This document shows positions 26,606-35,669 of a DNA stretch of 64,000 nt, piece by piece. The notes under the pieces are model-generated. The model was not told the origin of the DNA and searched no databases. It was given only the letters and a program-made list of their open reading frames with translations. The position numbers and the translations under genes are program-made. Location of the stretch: assembly GCA_050250855.1 (NCBI GenBank), contig JBFWNW010000002.1, forward strand, positions 197,925 through 261,924. Direction: 5' to 3'. Source of the stretch: Candidatus Babeliales bacterium (lineage in GTDB: Bacteria > Babelota > Babeliae > Babelales > JACPOV01). Every line of letters starts with the position of its first letter. Positions within the stretch are counted from its first letter, which is position 1.

Positions 26606-27318
26606 TTTATCACGCAGAAGGGCTTTTTCAGATTGCATTTGGTAATGCCTCCTTTTCTTTTAATCCGAAAAAAATTAAAGAAAAAAATTTATTACAGCAA
26701 ATTCCTTTTGAAAAACTTAATCCTATTATGAAGTTGCGTCATCTTGTTTTTCTGCATCAAATTCATGGCAAGGATGGCTTAGCACTCAAATCATTACCTC
26801 AGGTGCGCACTATTAAACCATTTTCAATAGATGGTGATTTTTTAGTAACGCAACTTTCTCATGTCGGGTTGGCAATTGCAACAGCAGATTGTTTACCGAT
26901 TATTTTATTTTGTCCACGAACACTTACGGTTGCCTTGATACATGCTGGTTGGCGCGGCGCGGTGCAAAAAGTTGCCGCTGCAGCTTTAGAATATATGGAG
27001 CGACTGTATCAGGTAAACCCTACGCAAGTACGGGTATTTTTTGGCCCCAGTGCTAAAAGTTGTTGCTATGCTGTTGGCAGTGAAGTTATAGACTCTCTTA
27101 ATGCCTTTAGCTATAAAGATGATGTTTTGAAAACAAGGGGTACAGAGACCTTTTTTGACCTTCCCCGTTTTAATATGATACAGCTTCAAGATGCGGGTAT
27201 TCCTATAGCCTCATGTAACACTACGTATAATATATGCACCATTTGTGATCCTTCATTTTGCTCATATCGGCGGGATAAGAATGTACAACGGCAGATGACC
27301 GTTGTGGCATTAAGGTAA
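26602..27318 (+). CDS. pgeF: YfiH/PgeF (DUF152) family protein
   Basis: HAGWRG motif, ATADCLPI and C-terminal C..CDPSFCSYRRD. ATGA start/stop overlap with the upstream GT2 gene. Confidence 0.85.
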   Translation: MIYHAEGLFQIAFGNASFSFNPKKIKEKNLLQQIPFEKLNPIMKLRHLVFLHQIHGKDGLALKSLPQVRTIKPFSIDGDFLVTQLSHVGLAIATADCLPIILFCPRTLTVALIHAGWRGAVQKVAAAALEYMERLYQVNPTQVRVFFGPSAKSCCYAVGSEVIDSLNAFSYKDDVLKTRGTETFFDLPRFNMIQLQDAGIPIASCNTTYNICTICDPSFCSYRRDKNVQRQMTVVALR

Positions 27319-27394
27319 GAATAAAAGCATAGTTGTTGAGGCAATTGCTGATCTGTGCTAGATTAAAGAAAAAATATTATCTTAGGAATTGATT

Positions 27395-29929
27395 ATGATA
27401 GCACGTATTTTATCTCTTATTTTGGGCACCAATAATGCCCGCCAATTACGCAAATTAGAGCCGATAGTAAAACAAATTAATGCTCTAGAGCCTTCAATGA
27501 AAGCTTTATCTGATGAACAGCTAGCGGCAAAAACAGTAGAATTTCGCCAGCAACTTGCACAGGGTAAAAAGCTTGATGATATTTTACCAGAAGCATTTGC
27601 CGTAGTCCGTGAAGCATCGCGCCGTATCTTAGGCCAGCGTCATTATGACGTACAGCTTATGGGTGGTATGATTTTGCATCAAGGAAAAATTTCTGAAATG
27701 AAAACAGGCGAAGGAAAAACGCTTACGGCAACACTTCCTTTATACTTGAATGCTCTTGAAGGTAAAGGTGCTCACTTAGTGACCGTGAACGATTATTTAG
27801 CACGTCGAGATGCTGCCTGGATGAGTCCTGTATTTGAATTTTTAGGCTTAACCGTTGGCGTTATACAAAACCAGATGTCAGATGAAGATCGTAAAAAAGC
27901 GTATCAATGTGATATTTTGTATGCTACCAATAATGAGTTAGGTTTTGATTATTTAAAAGATAATATGAAATTTCGCTTAGAAGATTATGTGCAGCGTGAT
28001 TTGAACTATGCAATCGTTGATGAGGTTGACTCAATTTTAATTGATGAAGCGCGAACGCCCCTTATTATTTCCGGTTCTTCTGAAGAAAAAAGTCATTTAT
28101 ATGTTCAAATTGATAAAGTAATTCCTCGTTTAAAAAAAGATGAAGATTACGAAGTTGATGAAAAACAACGTACGGTTCAATTAACTGAATCGGGTAATGA
28201 TAAAGTTGAAGCAGCACTTGGTCTTGAGAATATTTACGATATTAAAAATTTAAATACTCTGCATCATGTCAATCAGGCATTACGCGCGCATGTACTTTTT
28301 AAGCGTGACGTTGATTATGTTGTCAAAGATGGAGAAGTTTTAATTGTTGATGAATTTACCGGACGTATTTTGCCAGGTCGCCGTTATAGTGACGGTTTGC
28401 ATCAAGCAATTGAAGCAAAAGAAGGAGTTAAGGTTGAACGTGAAAGCCAAACATTAGCTTCAATTACTTTGCAAAACTTTTTCAGACTTTATAAAAAATT
28501 GGCTGGTATGACCGGTACGGCAGTAACCGAAGCTGAAGAGTTTCATCGTATCTATAAATTGGATGTAGTGACTGTTCCTACTAATAAACCAATGATTCGT
28601 CTTGATAAGCCAGATGTTATTTATCTTACTAAGAATGCAAAATACAAAGCAATTGCAGAAGATATTGAGGAGCGTCATAAAAAAGGGCAACCGGTTTTAA
28701 TTGGTACCATTGCTATTGAAACCTCTGAACTTATTAGTAATGTTTTAGAAAAACATGGCATTCCTCATGACGTTTTAAATGCAAAGCAGCATGCACGTGA
28801 GGCAGATATTGTTGCCAATGCTGGTCAAGCTGGGCGTGTTACTATTGCAACAAACATGGCTGGTCGTGGTACTGATATTAAGCTAACGCCAGAAGCGGTA
28901 GATGCAGGAGGTCTTTATATTCTAGGAACAGAGCGTCATGAAAGTAGACGCATAGATAACCAGTTACGCGGACGTTCTGGGCGCCAAGGAGATCCGGGTG
29001 AATCTCGCTTTTATATTTCATTAGAAGATGACCTCATTCGTATTTTTTCTGGTGGCGGTGATTCTCTGAAAAAAAATATGGAACGTGTTGGTATGACTGA
29101 AGATGAGGCGATTGAATCAAAATTCATGTCAAAAACTATTGAACGTTCTCAAGAAAAAGTTGAAAAACATAATTTTGAAATGCGTAAGCATTTACTTGAA
29201 TATGATGACGTACTTAATCAACAACGTATGGTTATTTACCGTTATCGCCGTGAAGTCCTTGAAGGTTCTCAACAGATTCAAGACCTTTTCTTTGATATGC
29301 TTGTTGGCGTGGTCCAAGATATTTTAGAGCGTTTGGCACCAAAAGGAGTTATTACTAAAGAGCGTTTTGAAGAGATGCTCAAAATTATTCATGCACTTTC
29401 TGGTATGCCGCTAGAAATACTTAAACAAGCAAACTTTAACTATAGTTCACAAGGCACACTTTCTCGTGATGTTATTGCATTCTTAATGAAGCATTATGAA
29501 GAGCAACGTCGTGCTAAGGATGCTGCAAGAATTCATGATGCAGAAAAATGGCTCATGCTTGAAATGATTGATCAAGCATGGAAGCAGCATATGCTTAATC
29601 TTGATCATTTAAAAGAGGGTATCGGCTTGCGAGGTTGGGGCCAGAAGAATCCTTTGATTGAATACAAACGAGAAGCATTCTATATGTTCCAGGATATGAT
29701 GCGCGCGATCAGATTTGACGTTGTGTATAATGTTTTCCATCTTAATCTTGAGCATTTTAATAAACAAGATTTAGAAAAAAAGCGTGAAGCTGAACTTGCT
29801 GAACTTCATATGGCTGCGAGTGCTCAAGAAGAACCAAAGCAAATGGTACGCGAAGGTGATAAAGTTGGGCGCAACGATCCTTGCACATGTGGGTCTGGTA
29901 AGAAATATAAAAAATGCTGCATGAAGTAA
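27395..29929 (+). CDS. secA: Preprotein translocase ATPase SecA
   Basis: MKTGEGKTL (Walker A), DEVDSILIDEARTPLIIS, TNMAGRGTDI and the C-terminal zinc finger CTCGSGKKYKKCC. ATG at 27395 preferred over the TTG at 27389. Confidence 0.95.
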   Translation: MIARILSLILGTNNARQLRKLEPIVKQINALEPSMKALSDEQLAAKTVEFRQQLAQGKKLDDILPEAFAVVREASRRILGQRHYDVQLMGGMILHQGKISEMKTGEGKTLTATLPLYLNALEGKGAHLVTVNDYLARRDAAWMSPVFEFLGLTVGVIQNQMSDEDRKKAYQCDILYATNNELGFDYLKDNMKFRLEDYVQRDLNYAIVDEVDSILIDEARTPLIISGSSEEKSHLYVQIDKVIPRLKKDEDYEVDEKQRTVQLTESGNDKVEAALGLENIYDIKNLNTLHHVNQALRAHVLFKRDVDYVVKDGEVLIVDEFTGRILPGRRYSDGLHQAIEAKEGVKVERESQTLASITLQNFFRLYKKLAGMTGTAVTEAEEFHRIYKLDVVTVPTNKPMIRLDKPDVIYLTKNAKYKAIAEDIEERHKKGQPVLIGTIAIETSELISNVLEKHGIPHDVLNAKQHAREADIVANAGQAGRVTIATNMAGRGTDIKLTPEAVDAGGLYILGTERHESRRIDNQLRGRSGRQGDPGESRFYISLEDDLIRIFSGGGDSLKKNMERVGMTEDEAIESKFMSKTIERSQEKVEKHNFEMRKHLLEYDDVLNQQRMVIYRYRREVLEGSQQIQDLFFDMLVGVVQDILERLAPKGVITKERFEEMLKIIHALSGMPLEILKQANFNYSSQGTLSRDVIAFLMKHYEEQRRAKDAARIHDAEKWLMLEMIDQAWKQHMLNLDHLKEGIGLRGWGQKNPLIEYKREAFYMFQDMMRAIRFDVVYNVFHLNLEHFNKQDLEKKREAELAELHMAASAQEEPKQMVREGDKVGRNDPCTCGSGKKYKKCCMK

Positions 29930-29989
29930 CAGTTTTAAAAACTTTTGAGTTTTATTTTAAGATTAACGATTTTTTTTGCTTTCATAAAT

Positions 29990-30500
29990 CTTACGGCGCC
30001 TTCATGCCAGGCGCAGGGCATAAGGGTATTGCGTGCCCAATACCCTTAACACAAGGGCACATAAGAGAAGATCTCTTATGTATCTCTCTGCACTCATAAC
30101 TCGGCTTCCAGATTTTTTCCAAAAATCTGAGAAGCTCTCAAACCTATGAGCTTTCAAGGTGCATAAAATTAAATTGACTCTTCGATACAATTTACTACGT
30201 AAATCTTTCAGAGTGAAAGCGGAATAAAGATAGAAATTATATTTATGCGCTCATCTTGCCTGTCCTGCCGTGCCCGACGTAGCTTTTATGCGAAGTCTGG
30301 GAGTTTATCGAAGGGAGTGTTTTTCCGCTAGGAAAAATGTATCAGCCTGCCCGGCGAAGCTCTTTAGTCCGAAGAAGTTTTAACGAAGGCGGATTATGCG
30401 AAAGCCTGGGAAAGATAAAGCGCCTGAAAAGGGGCTGGCTCTGTTCCGAATAGGGCCATGAGTAATTTTAAATACAAAGTAATATTTTAAAACTTCAATT
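29990..30500. repeat. Mosaic element (M-type), inverted relative to 6308-6756
   Basis: 29990-30060 is the reverse complement of the right end of 6308-6756. 30430-30465 is an inverted A module (revcomp CTCATGGCCCTATTCGGAACAGAGCCAGCCCCTTTT). Module H lies at 30339-30423. The AT-rich lead-in abuts the galE stop. Confidence 0.9.
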
Positions 30501-31494
30501 CCTGGCTAATTCTATTACTATTAAGCTCAGTATGCTCAAAGGCAAGAGCAGAACTAATAATAAATTCCAGCTCAGAGTACTTTGGTTGCCATTGCAAAAT
30601 GGTTTGAGCTTTAGTTGGATCAGCAACCAAAATGGCTGGATCACCAGCGCGGCGTTTTTCCCACTGTATTTTAATTGGCATTTTAGTTATAGCCTCTACC
30701 GTTTGTACCATTTGTTTGACCGATGTTCCTTTGCCGGTACCTAAATTAAAATAATCAGACTGCTTTCCTTGCTCTAAATGCTTAAGTGCTGCCACATGTG
30801 CATGCGCTATATCAAGAACATGCAAATAATCACGTATTGCGGTACCATCTTTTGTTTCATAATCATTGCCAAATACAGAAAATGGTGTTTGTTTGCGCGC
30901 AGCTTGCAAAAGGAGGGGGATAATATGTGTTTCCGGTTTGTGCTGTTCACCCAAACCTTCTTGTGCTAATGCACCGGCAGCATTAAAATAACGCAAGCAT
31001 ATTGAGCGTATGCCGTACGCGTGTCCAACGTCTTGCAAGATCGCCTCCACCATAGCTTTTGTTTTGCCGTAGGGCGAAATTGGGTTATGTGGATGATCTT
31101 CGGTTAAAGGGATTTTTTGTGGCGTGCCATAGACTGCGCAGCTTGAAGAAAAAATAATCTGTTGAATTTGGTGTGCGCGTAAGATATTAAGTAAGGCTAT
31201 AGTTTTGCTGACATTATTTTCATAAAATTTCAGGGGATGTTTTACTGATTCACCAACTTCTATGCAAGCAGCAAAATGCATTACGGCTTTAATAGGATAA
31301 GTTGTTAGCACTTTAGTAAGAACTGTTTCATCTGCATAATCTGCACGAATAATAGTAGCCCAGGAAGGGTTACAATATTGGTTATGTACAAAGGAATCAA
31401 TAATAACAGGATGATAACCAGATTTTGCCAAAAGATACGCGGTATGAGATCCTATGTATCCTGCACCGCCTAAAACTAATACTGCTTGTTGCAT
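30487..31494 (-). CDS. galE: UDP-glucose 4-epimerase
   Basis: GGAGYIGSH Rossmann motif, YGKTK catalytic motif, RYFNAAGA, GTAIRDYLHV. Confidence 0.9.
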   Translation of the reverse strand: MQQAVLVLGGAGYIGSHTAYLLAKSGYHPVIIDSFVHNQYCNPSWATIIRADYADETVLTKVLTTYPIKAVMHFAACIEVGESVKHPLKFYENNVSKTIALLNILRAHQIQQIIFSSSCAVYGTPQKIPLTEDHPHNPISPYGKTKAMVEAILQDVGHAYGIRSICLRYFNAAGALAQEGLGEQHKPETHIIPLLLQAARKQTPFSVFGNDYETKDGTAIRDYLHVLDIAHAHVAALKHLEQGKQSDYFNLGTGKGTSVKQMVQTVEAITKMPIKIQWEKRRAGDPAILVADPTKAQTILQWQPKYSELEFIISSALAFEHTELNSNRISQELKF

Positions 31495-31515
31495 ACTAAA
31501 ACCTTTTTTTAAATT

Positions 31516-31684
31516 AGAGCTTATCGCAAAATTAAAAAACTTTTGCAGTTTTATACTTCGACTCGGGTAAAAACCCTCGCTCAGTATGACCGGGTTCTCT
31601 GTCTCCCTGCCTGTCCTGAGTATTCGCGAAGGGAGCGAGCAGAGTGAGTCGAAGGGTAAATTTATGATTTTTGCGATAAGCTCT
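31516..31684. repeat. P-type element nested between a perfect 16 bp inverted repeat
   Basis: AGAGCTTATCGCAAAA (31516-31531) and TTTTGCGATAAGCTCT (31669-31684) flank the GC-rich core at 31555-31657 (ACTTCGACTCGGG...GAGTCGAAGGG). Confidence 0.85.
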
Positions 31685-31730
31685 TATTACTTTTGAATTA
31701 CTGTAATGAAAAATAAGGTTTTTGTATAGA

Positions 31731-31763
31731 AAAGAAAAGGCCTGAATATCTCAGGCCTTTTTT
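31731..31763 (-). terminator. Bidirectional hairpin terminator
   Basis: GGCCTGA-ATATC-TCAGGCC flanked by A and T runs. It lies just downstream of the minus-strand gene 31784..32332. Confidence 0.7.
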
Positions 31764-31783
31764 AGATAATGATTTTACTATCT

Positions 31784-32332
31784 TTATTTACCTGCTTTGA
31801 TGATAGGTCTTGAAAGAAGTTCTTTTGCAGCTTCACTTAAATTTGTGTCTTTAGATTTTGAAGCTTTAATTAAATAAGATTTTAAATTATTAGTATAGTT
31901 ATACATATCAGTTACTAATTTTTCTATAGGTGTTGTTGGATTTTGTATTTTTATTTCCTGATATAATCTTAAAGGATTGCTTCCTATATTAACTATAGCT
32001 ATTCCTAGAGCTCTATCTTTTCTTGGCAAATTTCTTGCAATTTCTTGAGCCTTTTCTAGAAAATCTTTTGTTTTTACAGCTAGTCGATAGGTGCCCTTTG
32101 TTAGTCCAGTATCATATTGCTGTCCTTGAGTTGGCTGCATAGGCTGTTGAACGGGTCTAGTAGGTTGCATAGGCTGTTGAACTGGCTGCATAGGTTGCTG
32201 AACGGGTCTAGTAGGCTGCATAGGCTGTTGAACTGGCTGAGTAGTAGGTTTTTTTCTGCCTCTGAGTTCTTGAAAAGAAAAAGTATAAGCGGGCATTCCT
32301 AAAAAAATAAGTACAAGCAGATGGCGTTTCAT
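31784..32332 (-). CDS. Secreted protein with Pro/Gln-rich tandem repeats
   Basis: Signal peptide MKRHLLVLIFLGMPAYT, then PVQQPMQ units with PTR spacers and a C-terminal non-repetitive domain. Confidence 0.75.
   Translation of the reverse strand: MKRHLLVLIFLGMPAYTFSFQELRGRKKPTTQPVQQPMQPTRPVQQPMQPVQQPMQPTRPVQQPMQPTQGQQYDTGLTKGTYRLAVKTKDFLEKAQEIARNLPRKDRALGIAIVNIGSNPLRLYQEIKIQNPTTPIEKLVTDMYNYTNNLKSYLIKASKSKDTNLSEAAKELLSRPIIKAGK
32125..32235. repeat. In-frame tandem DNA repeat encoding PVQQPMQ(PTR) units
   Basis: CTGCATAGG[CT]TG[TC]TGAAC units alternating with GGGTCTAGTAGG on the plus strand; four heptapeptide copies in the minus-strand protein. Confidence 0.85.
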
Positions 32333-32364
32333 AATTATGTCTCCCTCTTTTTTAATTAACTGTG

Positions 32365-32401
32365 TAAAAAAAGCTATGGTTTTTAGCCATAGCTTTTTTT
32401 A
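32365..32401 (-). terminator. Bidirectional hairpin terminator
   Basis: A7-AGCTATGG-TTTTTAG-CCATAGCT-T7, downstream of the minus-strand gene 32425..33984. Confidence 0.75.
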
Positions 32402-32424
32402 CTAATTACTATTTAGTTAATCTA

Positions 32425-33984
32425 TCATAGTGATAGTATGAATTTACCCCAAACAGTGTAGCGGCTTACCGCACCTTTATCTGAAGAGATTTCATAAGAA
32501 CCACCAACGTTCAATGCAACTGGGTAGCACCAGTTATCCCAGCGCCAGCCAAGTGAACCGTAGATAGTATTAGTTACTGCGCATGGAGATGCTGCAGTTT
32601 CTAAATCTAAATCTTCAGCTTGGATTGCTGCAGCTGTACGATAGGGATGAGCCACACCAGTAAAAATTTCTTTAATAGTTATTGCACGGTTTAAATTGTT
32701 ATCAGCAGTACCATCGTTATTTATGTTTGCAAATGCTGGTCCAACTTCCCAAGGTCTGTCAAGTTTGATATGTTCACTTGCTTTTGCCCAGAAGTTCCAA
32801 CCAATCTCACCTTGGAAGCGGCAGTGTGTATAGACAAACGCTGTGTTAATATCTTTTTGGAAGCGAGGGTTTACTTGAACTTTACGAGTGAAGAAGTTAA
32901 TACCATTAGTCACTGCTAGAGAAGCTGTATCAGCTGCCGATGGATATACTAATTGGTAACGGCTCCATGGTTTACCTTTTACGTCAAATGAACGTCTTTG
33001 AGTATTTTTGAAAAGGTAACGACCATTTGTTGCCATTTCAAAGTGCAAGTAGCGATCGCAACCGCTCCACACTTCCCAACCCCAGTAGCCGCCATACATG
33101 ATGCCGCCATGGAAGTTGTTACCAACTATTGGTTCAAATACGTACTCACCTTTAGGTTTGTTACCCGTTGGAATCAAGCCACCGATATAACCTTCTGCAT
33201 GGCACATATCTTCACAAAGGTAATCATAACCAATTTTTACTTCGATATCAGCTGCACGGAATTTAGAATGTGAGCCTTTAATTTTGCCATATTTCCACTC
33301 AGAACCAGTTACAACAAGTTGACCACCGATAGCGTTAACTTGACCCTTAAGACCTTTGAACGCTTCTACCATGCTTGTATTTACAAGATCGCTGCCGTTT
33401 ATTGGATCAAATGTTCTTGTAGAAGTTTCTTTTAAGTTTACCGAGTTTTTAACCCACTCAAGAGGCGTGGAGATTTGGAACCACCATTTTTTCTCGCACG
33501 CATCACGGCGATGCATATATTGTTTGTAGTCAAGACCAACACCCGCAAAGCTTTGGCGAGGGCGGAATTGAATAGTGCTAACAAAATCATTATCTTGTGT
33601 GAAGATATTGAAGTTATTAGCATTAACATCGCGCAAGTTAGGATTGTAATTAGGAGCGAAAGGCTCAAGAGCCCCATTGAAAGCATCGCCTTCAGCTACA
33701 ACTAACTCAGATTTGTTGCAGAACATGAAATACTTAGCAAGATCCTTAGCATTTCGCGTTTGGCCACCAAAAGGCACGATTTGGAACGCACCGCTTATAC
33801 CGCAATCACGCGCAAGCGCAGCGTCACGCCAAAAGCCACTTACCTTTTCAGGCATAGCAGTTTGGAATGGAGGGCGAACCCATAGGAACGTATGGGAATT
33901 GTTAGGACCGTCACCGGTACCATCAGCTCGTGCAGCACCTACTGCACAGAAAAGAAGAAGAGAAACTTTAAGATGTTTTCTCAT
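32425..33984 (-). CDS. Putative outer-membrane beta-barrel / porin-like protein, Cys-containing
   Basis: Start moved to the ATG at 33984 (AAAAAGGAGTGACC-ATG) giving MRKHLKVSLLLFCAVGAARA. Aromatic/Gly-rich alternating pattern throughout; family not recognised. Confidence 0.6.
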   Translation of the reverse strand: MRKHLKVSLLLFCAVGAARADGTGDGPNNSHTFLWVRPPFQTAMPEKVSGFWRDAALARDCGISGAFQIVPFGGQTRNAKDLAKYFMFCNKSELVVAEGDAFNGALEPFAPNYNPNLRDVNANNFNIFTQDNDFVSTIQFRPRQSFAGVGLDYKQYMHRRDACEKKWWFQISTPLEWVKNSVNLKETSTRTFDPINGSDLVNTSMVEAFKGLKGQVNAIGGQLVVTGSEWKYGKIKGSHSKFRAADIEVKIGYDYLCEDMCHAEGYIGGLIPTGNKPKGEYVFEPIVGNNFHGGIMYGGYWGWEVWSGCDRYLHFEMATNGRYLFKNTQRRSFDVKGKPWSRYQLVYPSAADTASLAVTNGINFFTRKVQVNPRFQKDINTAFVYTHCRFQGEIGWNFWAKASEHIKLDRPWEVGPAFANINNDGTADNNLNRAITIKEIFTGVAHPYRTAAAIQAEDLDLETAASPCAVTNTIYGSLGWRWDNWCYPVALNVGGSYEISSDKGAVSRYTVWGKFILSL

Positions 33985-34369
33985 GGTCACTCCTTTTTTG
34001 GAAGTGTTATACATTACTAGACACTCCGGACACTAATTAAATTTCTACCAATTTTTTTATAGATTAGTCAATCTTTTTATAATTTTTTTTTAATTTTTCT
34101 TCATCACGCCATACGTACCTCCTTCATCATGTAACAGTGGATCGCTATTTTGCTACAATCATTCGGGGTAATTTTTTAAACCCATGCAAGAATGATTTTT
34201 ATTCTCTACTGATCTTCCCCTATGTTGTATCATCATATGGAAAGAAAAGTCAACTATTTTTAAAAAATAATGTAAAAGTTTTTTACGAATGTGATAAGCT
34301 ATATGTAAATTTTTTATGGAAGTTGCTGCTGTTTTTGTCGATGAGGACATAATTTTAAAGGCCCTAATT

Positions 34370-35620
34370 ATGCTTAATAAAGTCAGAGGAACTCAAGATT
34401 TTCTCAACCTTGCTCTATTCAATTTTATTATTAATACCACGCGCGCATACCTTGAGTGCCATCATTTTTCAGAGATTGCAACACCTATTTTAGAACACAC
34501 CGATCTTTTTAAGCGGTCTTTAGGTTTGCATACTGATGTTGTCACCAAGCAGATGTTTACCATAGCAACGGCAGATGAAGGGGAAAGCATTTGTTTGCGG
34601 CCAGAGGCAACAGCTTCAACGATGCGTGCATTTGTAGAAAATCATATTCTGGAAAGACCATGGAAAGTTTTTTCCTGGGGGCCTATGTTTCGGTACGAAC
34701 GGCCGCAAAAAGGGCGTTTTAGACAGTTTCATCAAATTAATCTAGAAATGATCGATGCCGCATCCATACAGTATGATGCTTATTTAATTATGCTGCTGGA
34801 TCGTTTATTTTCTCAAACCTTTTTGCTTGAAAATTATGCATTAATGATTAATTTTCTTGGTTGCAGTGCTGATCGCCAAGCATTTAAGAAAATTTTAGAT
34901 ACCTTTTTAGCCTCAGTTGTTACGCATTTGTGTGCTACATGCAAAGAGCGTAAAGAAAAAAATGCTATGCGTGTTTTTGATTGTAAAAATGAACAATGCC
35001 AAGAACAGTACCGCAAAGCACCGCATATGACCGATCATTTATGTTCGGGCTGTAAGCAAGAATGGCAAACAGTGCAAGACAGTTTACAAATGCTTTCCGT
35101 TACCTTTAGCCATGCGCCAAGTTTAGTTCGTGGCCTTGATTATTACAATAAAACAGTCTTTGAATTTGTCAGCACAGATTTGGGTGCGCAATCTGCTTTT
35201 TGTGGCGGTGGGCGCTATGATCATTTACTTACGTATATGGGCGGCAAAAAAGATTATCCTGCTATTGGCGCTTCTATTGGTGTTGAGCGTTTGATGTTAT
35301 TGCTCGAACCATTGCAAGACAAACTACCTTTGCCACAGCACAAGAGTTTACATTGTATACTGCCACTGGAGCCTGAGCAACAAACATTAGCGTTGTTCTT
35401 GGCAGATGAACTTTTTGCGCAGGGGTTATGCGTTGATGTTTTTCTTGATAATGATTCACTCAAAAGTATGATGCGCAAAGCAAATAAGCTTGGTGCGCAG
35501 TATGTACTTATTGTTGGCCCCGATGAGCAGGCAAAAGGGGAGGTTGTTGTTAAAAATATGCAGACCGGTGCAGAAGAACGTATTAAGCAAACGGATGTTG
35601 CTGCTTATTTAAAGAAATAA
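34370..35620 (+). CDS. hisS: Histidine--tRNA ligase
   Basis: Start at the ATG at 34370 (MLNKVRGTQDF). Class II motifs FRYERPQKGRFRQFHQ and GGGRYD; C-terminal anticodon-binding domain. Confidence 0.9.
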   Translation: MLNKVRGTQDFLNLALFNFIINTTRAYLECHHFSEIATPILEHTDLFKRSLGLHTDVVTKQMFTIATADEGESICLRPEATASTMRAFVENHILERPWKVFSWGPMFRYERPQKGRFRQFHQINLEMIDAASIQYDAYLIMLLDRLFSQTFLLENYALMINFLGCSADRQAFKKILDTFLASVVTHLCATCKERKEKNAMRVFDCKNEQCQEQYRKAPHMTDHLCSGCKQEWQTVQDSLQMLSVTFSHAPSLVRGLDYYNKTVFEFVSTDLGAQSAFCGGGRYDHLLTYMGGKKDYPAIGASIGVERLMLLLEPLQDKLPLPQHKSLHCILPLEPEQQTLALFLADELFAQGLCVDVFLDNDSLKSMMRKANKLGAQYVLIVGPDEQAKGEVVVKNMQTGAEERIKQTDVAAYLKK

Positions 35621-35652
35621 AAAAGAGCCGGAAAATCTCCGGCCCTTTTTTT
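35621..35652 (+). terminator. Hairpin terminator (usable in both directions)
   Basis: GCCGGA-AAATC-TCCGGC followed by T7 and preceded by an A run. It lies between the convergent genes hisS and 35670..36938. Confidence 0.7.
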
Positions 35653-35669
35653 AAAATATGAGATAAGCT

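Noticed and set aside
34137-34352. Small ORFs 34137..34352 (+) and 34159..34350 (-) between the porin-like gene and hisS
   Set aside because: They are mutually overlapping, AT-rich and without RBSs. The region is more plausibly the divergent promoter and leader space of two strongly signalled genes.
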